IMG/VR virus record: IMGVR_UViG_3300037722_000745
Span: 128,001 to 192,000 of that record
Length of the DNA stretch: 64,000 nt
Origin: a virus
Lineage: Duplodnaviria; Caudoviricetes
Reading direction: 5' to 3' (one strand)
Part shown: positions 18,668-28,630 of the stretch, piece by piece
Position numbering within the stretch: the first letter of the stretch is position 1
Layout of the letters: every line of letters starts with the position of its first letter
Made by a program: the position numbers and the translations under genes
The notes under the pieces: generated by a model
What the model was told of the DNA's origin: nothing
Seen by the model: only the letters and a program-made list of their open reading frames with translations
Database searches by the model: none

Positions 18668-21580
18668 TCAGTTGTAGGCTAGCAAGATGCCATAATACTC
18701 AACTGTGAGACCGATCCCCTTATGGTCCACAAAAACCCCTCCAAAGTCTCCAGCGCCTAACGAACCCAGCAACGGGGCCAGATCGATGGCCGTGAGAACA
18801 TTGACCACCAAACTGTACGTCGCCGCGGTATCTACTGCAGTGTTCAGATTGGGAGATTCCCCCACTCCAGCATAATTGACTGTGAGATCGATGTCCGCAG
18901 CCGCACTGCTTCCGTTCGGAACCCCTAGTAACTGCGCACTCGAAAGAGACAGGAAATCCGGAGGGACCCAGAAGTCGAATCTCTGCGACCCAGTGGATCC
19001 TATCGATCTAGTCCTCATGTTGTTGAAATTCGAGTTAGGTTCCACCCAAACCATGTGGTACTTCGTAGCCGAAGATCCAACAAGGGAGGTTCCCGATCGG
19101 CGCAAAAGACTCCCGTCTGGAATCGAACCCAGAGTCAGGACCGTCGGACCTCCTGACTCCCGAATTCCACGCACCTGAGACGATTGCAAGGCTGAGCTTC
19201 CATCCAACCCCGCATACCCACTAGCAACGTTCTTCTCATTTCTAAGTTGGTACTGTGGGTGATCATCATCCCCTAACCCGCCCAGAAACCCGTGGTCTCC
19301 ACCAAGGCCCGCACTGAACCCAGATGCTAGCTGTCCAGAGAAGGGGCGCTCATCCACAATCGAAGTGATGACCCCACTACCCTGCTGTGAAACCACCCCA
19401 GAACTGATTAGAGAGTACTGCTTCAGAGCGTCTGGGGGGAACGGTCGAGGGGACGCTTCGGCGGTCGACTGATCCGAATGCGTCTCTTGAGCGTACAGAA
19501 CATGGAACTCAACACCCGCCCCGTCATCATTCGCTGTGATGTAGAGAGCATCTTTCTTCCATTCCCCCGCTGGGACCGGAACTAAGGATCCCGACCCATC
19601 GTCATAGTTGTCTGGGTCTATTTGGACCACTCCCGGCACAAGAGTGTGGCCCCCAGATCCATCACGGTACCAATACGCCCACGTTGCAGCTACAACAGAA
19701 ACAGTAGTGTGTCGATCCTCAGCTTGGTAAAAGATACTCGCATCAACGTCTAACCGTAACGCGTCGCCACCGTTGACGGTGGCCGTTCCCCCAGAAACGG
19801 TTAACGGTCCTACCGCCTCACGAAGATAGGTGTGGATCCTGGCTCCAGTGTTCCCAGCCACAACCTTGTGCGCACTGAGATACACGACATCTGTGGCGTT
19901 GGTCCTAACTACAGCAAGAACCAACGTCTGAGAGGAACTTGTATGAGTAGCACTGCGATTAAGGGTCCCGGAGCTGTCTATGTAGATGAAGCTCACAGAG
20001 TTCGCCGGCAATACAATCGAACCGCCGGCATACACGATACGAGCCGTCTCTCCACCCGATAGGATAAACCCAGAGCCCGCAGCAACATCTACGGTGAGAC
20101 CCGAGTCACGCGTCACCTGGAGACCGTCAGCAATCCCTCGGGCTAACGAAATCGGAAGAGCAAACAGACCATCAGCAGATAGCGGTAGCAGCCCCTCTAA
20201 GCTGATCAGGATCTCGCCATCCGAAACCGAAGTGCGAAGCACACTACCAATTAGCTGCACCTCCCCTGTGAAAGGATCAACATCAGGAGGAGGGCGACTG
20301 AAGGAACCCGAATTACCTAACACTAACTGGTCAGTGATCGAGTACGTCGAGGTGTCTACGCCTGTGAGCACCCCTGCAACCAACCCCAAAGCTGTAGTTG
20401 CGTCGGGAAGATTCCCTTCCAACACAGCCACCGCAGGCCGTAAGGCTTGGCTGTCTTTGTCCGCAGCCGCTACCGTATATGCTTGCTCTGAAGCACTGAA
20501 ACCGGTCGAAACAACTAGCGTCCCTTTCGACAGTAAACCACCGGTCTCATTGCGGACTCGAATCCTAAGGAACCCCAATAACTGCGGCACCCGGGGACTC
20601 ACATGAATAGCCCCAGTCACGGCGTCTGAAAAGATAATGTGCCCAATACGTGTGGTGTAATCGGGTGCAGATGGAGCTGTAGTGGTAAACAAACCAGGAG
20701 TAGTGGCGGACAAAAACACTACAGCACCGCTCGCGAAACTCGAGGTGTCCAAGCCTCTCACGGTCCCGTGGCTACACACGTAACCAGTGGTGCCAGACTC
20801 GATGTCATGAGTCACTACGCCAAGGACCTGAGCCGTTGTCTCGTCCGAAGCTATCGCATACGCAACTGTAGGGAGGCCCGTACCAACGTCAGCACCGGAC
20901 ACGTAGACTGTACGGCCATCTAGTAAAGTAGAGCCAGTGTTGTTGTACACACGGACCCACAGCTCTCGACCCACCTGAAGGGTGGAGTCCAACTCATCGT
21001 TGTAGAAACCCATACACTTGTTGTCATCGTCGTAAAACAGTCTCCCTTCCACATGCGACGGATTCCCCAATCCGGTCTGAAGGTCCACTCCATCCAAGGT
21101 CGGACGAGAAGTCCAATTCGAAGTACCCAAAGACTCCGTTGCCAACACCTGGCCAGCAGGTTCACCGTCTGCATCCAACTTGCTCTTATCCCCACCGGAC
21201 ATGAAACCGGAGGTTGCCGAAGTGGCCTCCGCGTGCAACGTACCCCCGCTCTGATCTCCGTGGGGATGGACGTGATCCGCTCGAGACGCTTGAATGCTCA
21301 CACCAGAAGCCGCTGATCCTAACGGACTTGGATCAACATCGGACAGGTCAATCGCAGCATTCCCAACATCCACCCAAATGACGCTGGGAGTGATCTGTAA
21401 CAACCAATAAAGGTTGTTGGTGTCTGATTGAAGAGCGAACTTGTAGAGGTCATCAGGGTCTACAAGACCGGTATCGTTCAGACGGTCCGCTTCTGTTGGA
21501 TACGTAAACGAGATCGGAGTATGAATTCCATCCGCTGGTCTCTGTTTGCTATGGCTACCAGACATACTTCCCCCGCCCAT
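18668..21580 (-). CDS. Large mosaic fibre/appendage protein
   Basis: Two cement-like modules (VRVYNNTGSTL...GVVTHDI...GTVRGLDTS and IRVRNETGGLL...GVLTGVDTS), plus GDDDHPQY and KNVASGYAGLD fibre motifs. Confidence 0.6.
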   Translation of the reverse strand: MGGGSMSGSHSKQRPADGIHTPISFTYPTEADRLNDTGLVDPDDLYKFALQSDTNNLYWLLQITPSVIWVDVGNAAIDLSDVDPSPLGSAASGVSIQASRADHVHPHGDQSGGTLHAEATSATSGFMSGGDKSKLDADGEPAGQVLATESLGTSNWTSRPTLDGVDLQTGLGNPSHVEGRLFYDDDNKCMGFYNDELDSTLQVGRELWVRVYNNTGSTLLDGRTVYVSGADVGTGLPTVAYAIASDETTAQVLGVVTHDIESGTTGYVCSHGTVRGLDTSSFASGAVVFLSATTPGLFTTTAPSAPDYTTRIGHIIFSDAVTGAIHVSPRVPQLLGFLRIRVRNETGGLLSKGTLVVSTGFSASEQAYTVAAADKDSQALRPAVAVLEGNLPDATTALGLVAGVLTGVDTSTYSITDQLVLGNSGSFSRPPPDVDPFTGEVQLIGSVLRTSVSDGEILISLEGLLPLSADGLFALPISLARGIADGLQVTRDSGLTVDVAAGSGFILSGGETARIVYAGGSIVLPANSVSFIYIDSSGTLNRSATHTSSSQTLVLAVVRTNATDVVYLSAHKVVAGNTGARIHTYLREAVGPLTVSGGTATVNGGDALRLDVDASIFYQAEDRHTTVSVVAATWAYWYRDGSGGHTLVPGVVQIDPDNYDDGSGSLVPVPAGEWKKDALYITANDDGAGVEFHVLYAQETHSDQSTAEASPRPFPPDALKQYSLISSGVVSQQGSGVITSIVDERPFSGQLASGFSAGLGGDHGFLGGLGDDDHPQYQLRNEKNVASGYAGLDGSSALQSSQVRGIRESGGPTVLTLGSIPDGSLLRRSGTSLVGSSATKYHMVWVEPNSNFNNMRTRSIGSTGSQRFDFWVPPDFLSLSSAQLLGVPNGSSAAADIDLTVNYAGVGESPNLNTAVDTAATYSLVVNVLTAIDLAPLLGSLGAGDFGGVFVDHKGIGLTVEYYGILLAYN

Positions 21581-21613
21581 CCCAAGGGTTGATCAAGCGC
21601 AACCGAGATCGGC

Positions 21614-21973
21614 CTACCCTTTGAATACGATCTCGCCGTTATCGTTGACGAGAATGGAATCCCCGATCAACGGCACTACACTCTGGTACGACACTCCATC
21701 TTCGGAGTAGAGAAGAGAACCTGGCTCGGAAGGCGTGAGCAACGTGTCCAAACCACGTAGCGACGGGATCCCAGTCGCTACGAAGTCCTCGTACCAATGC
21801 TCAGTGCTAACCTCCCCAAAAATGATCTGTCGGATACGGCTAAGGACATAGATCTGAAACTGTTCCTGAGTCCCCGACGAGACTATCGCATTCGCAATAG
21901 CCGAAGACCCCTGCTGATCATCGAGATCATCAGCACGTCGAATGCTGTTGTAGCGTTTGAGGGTTGGGGACAT
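21614..21973 (-). CDS. Hypothetical protein
   Basis: 119-aa ORF in the operon. Confidence 0.5.
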   Translation of the reverse strand: MSPTLKRYNSIRRADDLDDQQGSSAIANAIVSSGTQEQFQIYVLSRIRQIIFGEVSTEHWYEDFVATGIPSLRGLDTLLTPSEPGSLLYSEDGVSYQSVVPLIGDSILVNDNGEIVFKG

Positions 21974-21983
21974 ACTGACCCAT

Positions 21984-22307
21984 TCAGGGGGTTACAATAT
22001 AGTCAGCGAAAAGACGATCATTGGACACAGGAGGAGGAACCAGCAGAAACACAGTGTCGTAACCTGTCCCTGCTCCACCGGATTCCACCACCACGTAGTC
22101 TTCCAACAACGTCAAACGGCTGCCGTTGTAGTAGACAGCGATTCCTATGAAGGGAAGGTTGTGCACAAACAACTCCCCTCCAGGAGTCGTGTACGTGACG
22201 TTCACCCCATCCTTCGCGCCTATGAGATGCTGGCCAACCCGAAACCGATCGTTCGCAATAAAGAATTGCGCAGCTAGCTGCAGGGAGAACGGATTGACGA
22301 GGTACAC
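21984..22307 (-). CDS. Small beta-rich virion-associated protein
   Basis: GAKDGVNVTYT...VYYNGSRL...DY...DRLFADY, a module frequent in fibre-associated proteins. Confidence 0.55.
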   Translation of the reverse strand: MYLVNPFSLQLAAQFFIANDRFRVGQHLIGAKDGVNVTYTTPGGELFVHNLPFIGIAVYYNGSRLTLLEDYVVVESGGAGTGYDTVFLLVPPPVSNDRLFADYIVTP

Positions 22308-22315
22308 ACGCGAAC

Positions 22316-23212
22316 CTAGCGAGGAAAGCAGAGTGTCATGTTGAGACTGAAGTCGACCGTGCCCCCACTACCCAAAAGGTAGATGGTGCCCACAGCACCA
22401 TTGAACCCTACGTACTGATCACTTTCTGGGAGCACGAAGTGGTACGGGCCTCCAGACTCTGTACCAACGAGTAGATTCGTGGCGTTATCCGTGTTGACGA
22501 AGTTCAAGTTCTCCATGAGTGTGGGGAAATCCAACCGCAACTCGGTCGCAGGAGCTGTCCCGGAAACAACGAGCGTGATGAGTCCGTGCCTCAAGAAGTC
22601 CGGCAGGATTAGCGTTGGGGCTGTAGGGTCCCCCAACGGGGAGCCGGCTGCCAGAGGTTGCAACTGAAGCCAAAAGCTCTTGCTGTCGTCCAGATTCGAC
22701 AGAGCTTCACTCCACACGATCGAACCATCGTTCGCATCGGGTGAGGCCCCATTGGCGTTCTCCACATCCACACTGGTTGCGGAATTGAATGTCACGATCA
22801 AGAAAGTGCCATTGTTACCCGCCGTATCTGCTCCGGAGATCGTCAAGTAGTGCCCAACAGAGGCAGCGGTCATCCCCGTCAGACCCGTGATCGTGGCGAC
22901 ACCCGCGCCGAAAGCCCCCACTGAGGCAGCCGCTCCCGATTGTCCGGTAATGGGTTGTGCAAACGAAGTCGGGTCAAAAACGATCCTAGCCCTGTCCGAA
23001 GAGGGTTGGACGTCTAAGGTTGCTTGGTTCACGTTGGGATCCAAGTACCCATTCAAGCCAGCATCGATGATCGTCGAGAAGACAGACGTATCGAAGTTCG
23101 GAGCCACCAAAATCCGATACCCGTCTTGCGTGGGTCCTCCCGATCGTCTGGTAGCGTAGAGATCGACCACATGGGGACGCCTACGGACAACAGAAAAGAT
23201 TCGATCACTCAT
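22316..23212 (-). CDS. Putative virion structural protein
   Basis: A/G/T-rich 298-aa ORF containing GHYLTISGADTAGNNGTFLI. Confidence 0.55.
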   Translation of the reverse strand: MSDRIFSVVRRRPHVVDLYATRRSGGPTQDGYRILVAPNFDTSVFSTIIDAGLNGYLDPNVNQATLDVQPSSDRARIVFDPTSFAQPITGQSGAAASVGAFGAGVATITGLTGMTAASVGHYLTISGADTAGNNGTFLIVTFNSATSVDVENANGASPDANDGSIVWSEALSNLDDSKSFWLQLQPLAAGSPLGDPTAPTLILPDFLRHGLITLVVSGTAPATELRLDFPTLMENLNFVNTDNATNLLVGTESGGPYHFVLPESDQYVGFNGAVGTIYLLGSGGTVDFSLNMTLCFPR

Positions 23213-23232
23213 GGGCCTTCATCCTATCCGAA

Positions 23233-23679
23233 CTAGGAGCCAGATATCTGGCGATCGTACGTTTTCGCGCTCTTGGCTGCCGCATCCGCCGCAACCTTAC
23301 TGCCATGCTCTCTCTTCACCTTGTCATAGGTAGACTGGTACGCAGCGTCCTTGGCCTCCTCCCAAGTAGACGTAGTCTGGCCCTGGAAGTTTGGTTGTAG
23401 CCGGTTAGGTCGGACATGGTCCCGCTCACGTTGAGCCATAGTCTCGCAGCGCCGCTTCCGATAGGCGTTCTCTCTCAGTGCCTTCGAAACAAACCCGCCG
23501 GACTCCCCGTCCTTAAGGACGAACGAAACCTCAGACGGGTCAAAGACAAGCTCCACCTGACCCCCGCAAGCACAATCTAGCCGGAGCTGATCCTCTTTCG
23601 CCAGATCATACTGCGCGAACGTCAGCTTACGGTCAGCACATCTACCGCAACCTCGACACTGGGTGTTGTATACAGGCAT
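23233..23679 (-). CDS. FmdB-like zinc-ribbon protein
   Basis: MPVYNTQCRGCG...CACGG N-terminal pattern. Confidence 0.6.
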   Translation of the reverse strand: MPVYNTQCRGCGRCADRKLTFAQYDLAKEDQLRLDCACGGQVELVFDPSEVSFVLKDGESGGFVSKALRENAYRKRRCETMAQRERDHVRPNRLQPNFQGQTTSTWEEAKDAAYQSTYDKVKREHGSKVAADAAAKSAKTYDRQISGS

Positions 23680-23697
23680 ATTTTCGGATCCGATCTG

Positions 23698-24537
23698 TTA
23701 TCTAGCCACGTCCCACGTCTTCGTGTGCGCAAGAACCGCCGCCACATGCTTACACACTCGGTTGACTCCCGAGGGGTCCCGGATGATTGGAAAGCTCGCT
23801 GTTCCGCGGGGCTTTCCGTCCAAGTACTCCTCTTCCTGTGACCAGTGCTCTGGTCCCTGCCACCGCCAGGCCGGACACGAGCACTTGATGTCTAAGTCCA
23901 TCTTGGAGAACTTCGTGATGTTCCCCGTGCGAAACGCCTTGATCTTGACAACCTTGGCTCCGTTGCCACAGTCGACCGAAAAGATCCACCGCAGGTTCTT
24001 CCGGTCAACTCTAGATACACCCACCGAACACCGAGAGGCTCGGTCCACGTACTTTGGGTTGAGACCCTCCACGATAGAGTCCACCCGCAGGGCAACCCGC
24101 ATACCTGTCCGAAGACGTAACGTCGGAGCCGTGTCGGACAACCAAGACGCCACGACGTAGGCCGACTTCTCGTTTGGGATGTCATTCCGGTAAGGGTACT
24201 TGGTCTTTGGACTGTTGTACGGTGTGCCCTTGCCCCAAGTACCGATCCCATCATGCTTGTCGGCGTTGTCTTCGTTGACCTCGTTACGGTCACCCTTGCC
24301 TAGAAGGTCGTCGGGGTTGTCCACTCGATAGATCGACTTGTCCTTGGGTTTGTCGAACTCCCGAGTGTCGTCAAGCGGCTTCGTGAACGTCTGTGTCCCA
24401 GGGATGCCTGAGTCCAGAGGCACCCCCCTCCCAGCAGGACCGCCCTCTGGAAGCCCTGACTCCGCGACTGTACGCTCCCGTTGGCCGTAGGAAGGACGGG
24501 TTACTAAGGGTTGCGTCAGTGCGGATGCCTTCCTCAC
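23698..24537 (-). CDS. Protein with C-terminal SWIM-type zinc finger
   Basis: KCSCPAW...VCKHVAAVL (CxC...CxH). Confidence 0.6.
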   Translation of the reverse strand: MRKASALTQPLVTRPSYGQRERTVAESGLPEGGPAGRGVPLDSGIPGTQTFTKPLDDTREFDKPKDKSIYRVDNPDDLLGKGDRNEVNEDNADKHDGIGTWGKGTPYNSPKTKYPYRNDIPNEKSAYVVASWLSDTAPTLRLRTGMRVALRVDSIVEGLNPKYVDRASRCSVGVSRVDRKNLRWIFSVDCGNGAKVVKIKAFRTGNITKFSKMDLDIKCSCPAWRWQGPEHWSQEEEYLDGKPRGTASFPIIRDPSGVNRVCKHVAAVLAHTKTWDVAR

Positions 24538-24848
24538 GTGCGCTTCTTGGCCGCGGTTTTGCTCTGGCTAGACACACCACCCCACCAGTAGGCGAACTCC
24601 CAAAGAGCCACCGCCATGTTCTCCATGTGGACTGATGGGACACCCAACGAGTTAGGACGGGTCCGCATGGCTGTTTTCCCAGACTCCAGCAGCTCCTTGA
24701 AGGCGTTCTCCAGCTCCTCCCGAGCCTCGGGGTCACCCGCCTCTTGGCCGGCGAAGTACGCCTTCTTCATGGCCTCGATGATAGGGCGTTCCATGGTGGC
24801 TCGCTTGGATTGGGCCTCGGCTGTCTTCCAACGCTCATCCATGATCAA
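24534..24848 (-). CDS. Hypothetical protein
   Basis: 104-aa ORF with ATGA-type overlaps; contains WKTAE and SKTAA. Confidence 0.5.
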   Translation of the reverse strand: MIMDERWKTAEAQSKRATMERPIIEAMKKAYFAGQEAGDPEAREELENAFKELLESGKTAMRTRPNSLGVPSVHMENMAVALWEFAYWWGGVSSQSKTAAKKRT

Positions 24849-26437
24849 TTTGCCTTCCAGGGATCGTTGGCCTCAGCCGCCTTGAACTTGTCCTTGTTCT
24901 TCTCGTGCTCGGTCTTCCACTTCTCAGCGTCGGCCTCGCTCATGTTCTGAGTGGGATCCGCCGGCTTGCCTTCCTCGAAGCGGGATTCCTTCGTGTCATC
25001 CTCGCTTGTCTTCGTCCCCGCCGCCTTGAACTTGTCCTCGTACTTGTCCGTGTTGGCCTCCCACTCCTTGGCCTCTTCCGGACTCATGTTCTTCGTCGGA
25101 TCGGCAGGCTTACCCTCCTCGAAGCGAGATTCCTTCTTGTCGTCCGAAGCGTCCGCAGCCGTACGGTCGATACGCTCCATGTCCGGAGTCACCCTCTTCG
25201 CATCCCGAGCCAGAACTTCCAGGTCATTGGCAACACGACCCATCGCCCAATCAAGGTCTTGCGTCGACTTCTTTAAAGTTTCAGCCCGAGTAATAACAGC
25301 GTCCGGCATACCCGCCAGGGGGCCAATACGCGCGACATACCCCGTCAGAGCATCCCCGATCGCCGTGTGGGCTTGACGGTTCTCACCACGGCACGTGTAG
25401 AGATTGTCCGCCGCAGCTTCCATCGCCGTGGTGAAATCATCGAGAGAGACACCGGAGCCGTGCGGACGATTGCGGATCTTGATGTCCTTGAGACTAGCCG
25501 CCTCAACCGTCATCGTGGCGCCTAGAATTCGACGCAACGTGGATGCCAGCGTCAACCGACTCGGGCGATCCTTAGGGTCAGGCTCATCGACGAGCCCTGC
25601 CGCCAAATGTCGAAGAACCTCTGCAATCTCCTTGGACCCCTCGGAAGCTGTCCTCGGCTGACCCCGCTCAAGATGGGAGATGAGATCAGTAAGATCACCG
25701 GTGTCCACTTGGCCCGTGGCTTCAACATGGGCTGCCAAACGCTCCAAACGAGCCGCAGCTTCCGTGGTGTTCATTGCCTTCTCCGTAGCTTGCTTGAGGA
25801 TCCCGCGCTTGGTATCCGCATACCACGACCCCATCTCCTCTTCGACAAGATCGACCCACTCCTCCATCGAAAGGTCGTCCGGCTTGGTGGACTCCATCTT
25901 CCCACTGTACCGGGTACGATTCCCAGCTCGCATCCTAGCTAACTCGACCATCGTGTCAGCCACAGCCTGCTCAAGGGCGTCCACCGTCTCGCCCTGAAGC
26001 TGCGGTAAAAACAACGAACGGAAGATGCTCAGAGCCCTGGGACCCAGAATGCTCAGACTGCGAGCCAGCTTGTGATTGGATCGACGTCGAACACGCCGAA
26101 TGCGGACTTCTTCTAAAGCTTTTTCCAATTCCTCTACCTTCTCTGGCCGGAGTTCGTCTTTGATCTCTTCGTAGTCAAGCTTGGACGCCGCCAGCGCCGC
26201 AGCACTGAGCGCCTTATCCATCCTCAACAAAGTATCAGGGATCCCGTGGATCAGATGACCCGCGACCTCGAAAAAATGATCCCTAGCACCAGACTTGTCG
26301 ATGAGACTCGTCGCCTCATCAAGATACTTCTTGAGTTGAGCGCAACGAACCCGGGCATCTCCAAGCTCCTCAAGCAGAAAAACTGAGATGCCGCTGGCTT
26401 TAAGCCCACGAGGATGACGGTGAAGGCAAGAGTCCAC
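24845..26437 (-). CDS. Helical multi-module protein with C-terminal tandem repeat, putative internal head protein
   Basis: Modules separated by KQA and RTA motifs; two copies of ESRFEEGKPADPTxNMS...KFKAA. Confidence 0.65.
   Translation of the reverse strand: MDSCLHRHPRGLKASGISVFLLEELGDARVRCAQLKKYLDEATSLIDKSGARDHFFEVAGHLIHGIPDTLLRMDKALSAAALAASKLDYEEIKDELRPEKVEELEKALEEVRIRRVRRRSNHKLARSLSILGPRALSIFRSLFLPQLQGETVDALEQAVADTMVELARMRAGNRTRYSGKMESTKPDDLSMEEWVDLVEEEMGSWYADTKRGILKQATEKAMNTTEAAARLERLAAHVEATGQVDTGDLTDLISHLERGQPRTASEGSKEIAEVLRHLAAGLVDEPDPKDRPSRLTLASTLRRILGATMTVEAASLKDIKIRNRPHGSGVSLDDFTTAMEAAADNLYTCRGENRQAHTAIGDALTGYVARIGPLAGMPDAVITRAETLKKSTQDLDWAMGRVANDLEVLARDAKRVTPDMERIDRTAADASDDKKESRFEEGKPADPTKNMSPEEAKEWEANTDKYEDKFKAAGTKTSEDDTKESRFEEGKPADPTQNMSEADAEKWKTEHEKNKDKFKAAEANDPWKAN
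24875..25144 (-). repeat. Two degenerate in-frame repeats, period 144 nt (48 aa)
   Basis: ggcttgccttcctcgaagcgggattccttc at 24963 and ggcttaccctcctcgaagcgagattccttc at 25107. Confidence 0.9.
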
Positions 26438-26438
26438 A

Positions 26439-26485
26439 GAAAGGCTCCCTGACGGAGCCTTTCAGCCCCGTGCAATAAACGGGGC
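26439..26485. promoter_or_regulatory. Two adjacent perfect hairpins in an intergenic gap
   Basis: gaaaggctcc-ctgac-ggagcctttc (10 bp stem, 26439-26463) and gccccgt-gcaataa-acggggc (7 bp stem, 26465-26485). Confidence 0.7.
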
Positions 26486-26504
26486 CCACAAGAGGAAACC
26501 CAAC

Positions 26505-27629
26505 TCAGACCCTGAAGGTCGTTGGGAACTCCTCGAGAAGCTTAACCTTGAACTCGTCCGTCTCCGCTGCGAATACCGCTCTGAGAACATCCGGACGATC
26601 TTCAAAGTCGGCCTGAAGGCGTGCCATCTTCTTCCTCTCAGATGCCGAAAAATCATAGTTATCCGGGAACTCCGGACACAACATCCGAGCAATGTGGAGG
26701 CGTGTCTCAGAAGTCCCATCAGAAGCAACCTTACCTCTCTCAGTTACCTCTCGAGGATGAGGATCTGTCGTTCTCTCCGGACCATTCGTGGTACGGAAGG
26801 TGATTCCCCCCTCTTCCACCACACTCTCTTTAGCCTTCCCCCCAGTACCACCAAGATCGACGGTCTCTACCCCACCACCCACTGCTTGAGTGAGAGTCAG
26901 GCCCTCGGCCTCTTTAGAGCCAACAGACTCTACACGACCTACAACAGGTGGACCGGGCTCCGTGTCTACGTACTGGGACCTCAGTACTTGTTTCTTAGTG
27001 AAATATGCGACCCGATCTTCATCGGACATCCTTGACAGAACAGCCTCTTCCGAAAGACCTTGACCGGCCTCGATTTGCACGTCTTGCGTCGAAGATAATG
27101 TCCTGGACACAGATTCAGCCGTAACTGAACTGCTGGTCTTAGCAGCCGTCTTGAACGTTCGGCCCACCACCACTCCGTCTTGGGGTTCAACCTCTTGACG
27201 CCTGGCCTTCGGAGCCTCCCCCCCTTTAGCTGAATACCGAAATGTGCCCGGGGCTGAGACTTCTTGCTCGTCCGGCTCAGAAGATTCCCCCATCTCCTGT
27301 GGAGGAGCCTTACCCTCAACCGCAGACCGTACCGATATCTTAGCCCGTGCAGGCCGATCGTACACCTGGCCCTCGAGATAGTTCTCGGCAAGGATGACCC
27401 ACCCCGTCTTCACCGCCGCTCGAAGCTGAGGGAATGCGTAGGAAGACCCACTATACTTCACAGTTGAACCATCAAACTCCAGCTCACTGCCCTTAACCAC
27501 ACTCACATCCGTGGTGCCGAGAGCAAAAGTTCGGGTCGCAACGAAGTTCAGAAAATCCCCGGTCTTGTATTTGATTTCCATGTGTGATCTCCATATAGAG
27601 GGCAAGAGCACCCCCTTATGAAAAACCAC
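26505..27629 (-). CDS. Hypothetical protein with acidic low-complexity middle (likely start MEIKYK at 27581)
   Basis: GGAG RBS before ATG 27581; compact N- and C-terminal domains; contains TFKTAA. Confidence 0.65.
   Translation of the reverse strand: MVFHKGVLLPSIWRSHMEIKYKTGDFLNFVATRTFALGTTDVSVVKGSELEFDGSTVKYSGSSYAFPQLRAAVKTGWVILAENYLEGQVYDRPARAKISVRSAVEGKAPPQEMGESSEPDEQEVSAPGTFRYSAKGGEAPKARRQEVEPQDGVVVGRTFKTAAKTSSSVTAESVSRTLSSTQDVQIEAGQGLSEEAVLSRMSDEDRVAYFTKKQVLRSQYVDTEPGPPVVGRVESVGSKEAEGLTLTQAVGGGVETVDLGGTGGKAKESVVEEGGITFRTTNGPERTTDPHPREVTERGKVASDGTSETRLHIARMLCPEFPDNYDFSASERKKMARLQADFEDRPDVLRAVFAAETDEFKVKLLEEFPTTFRV
27617..27625 (-). promoter_or_regulatory. Candidate late-promoter motif TTTTTCATA
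   Basis: Recurring intergenic motif, 36 nt upstream of ATG 27581. Confidence 0.35.
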
Positions 27630-27636
27630 AAAAGGA

Positions 27637-28090
27637 CTAAAGGACTGTGTCAGGTAGACCCCAGTAGATAGGCTTGTGACCGTAGACTTCGAGGGCGGAG
27701 TTGACCTTCGAGAACGGCTTGCTTCCGAAGAAGCCGTTGCAGGCGCTACGAGGGCTCGGATGTGCCGACTCGAGGATCGTGTTCCTCTCAGTGTCGATCA
27801 GAGCAGCCTTGCTGCGGGCGTATTGACCCCAGAGCACGAAGACTATCGGCTTATCCCGATCGCTGAGGAGCTTGATCACGGCATCCGTGAAGGTCTCCCA
27901 GCCTTGCCCCCTATGGGATCCAGCCTCGTGGGCCCGCACTGTCAAGACCGAATTGCTTGGCCCACCCGATGAGGTTGCCGTCGAGGTGTGAACGCTGCAC
28001 CCCAAGGTCGTCAAGCAGCTCCTTGTGGATGTTCCTCAGGCTGGGCGGGGCCATCACTCCGTCCGGCACCGAGAAGCTCAATCCATGGGC
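27637..28090 (-). pseudogene. ung: Family-1 uracil-DNA glycosylase remnant: N-terminus missing, frameshift at 27955/27954
   Basis: [11 protein letters not shown]...[11 protein letters not shown]...GNLIGWAKQ in one frame, then [14 protein letters not shown]...VFVLWG...AHPSP in another; the GVLLL segment and catalytic GQDPY are absent. Confidence 0.85.
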
Positions 28091-28486
28091 CCCCAGCATG
28101 ACCCCAATGCAGGCTTCTTTTTGCTCCAGAGTCAATTCCACACGAGATGTGGATCGTTCCGTTTTGGATATCGAACGGATTCCAAATTTCTTCAGTCTAG
28201 ATCTGACAGTTGGTTTACTGACACCGAATTTCTTGGCTATGGCCTGCTGGCCCATAGACGAGTACATGGAGGCCAAATTGGCTGGAGTGAGCGTGTCAAA
28301 TTCAAGACAACCCGTTTCGTGGCCCAGCCTGGCAAGCTGACTCTTTGTCTCAATCCCTGCTTTACGCCTCCACTTCGATACGGAAACATCTGAGACACCG
28401 TGCATCTGGGCTATCTCTTTATCCGTAAGATTACGTTCAACGTAGAGGGTGCGCAGTGTCTCCGTGGGGATCTCTTTAGAGGCCAT
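27911..28486 (-). pseudogene. Truncated HTH-HTH-LAGLIDADG homing endonuclease N-terminus fused in frame to the ung fragment
   Basis: Two HTH repeats ([38 protein letters not shown]), then [15 protein letters not shown], breaking off where DG is expected, directly into AHGLSFS. Confidence 0.7.
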
Positions 28487-28536
28487 AGGGATGCTACCTA
28501 GCTACCACGCTTACGAGGGTACCACTAGAAAGTTGC

Positions 28537-28545
28537 CATAAAAAA
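28537..28545 (-). promoter_or_regulatory. Candidate late-promoter motif TTTTTTATG
   Basis: Downstream of the capsid terminator, 51 nt upstream of the start at 28486. Confidence 0.3.
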
Positions 28546-28630
28546 CACACTATCGGTAAATCAAACTACCTACGAAGCCAAGCAACGTACCGCAGGAACC
28601 AACCAGACACTACACCTCTCCTGCGAGATT

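Noticed and set aside
27637-28014. 125-aa ORF as a functional UNG
   Set aside because: Its first ~20 aa are out-of-frame filler, and the catalytic GQDPY and GVLLLN segments are missing.
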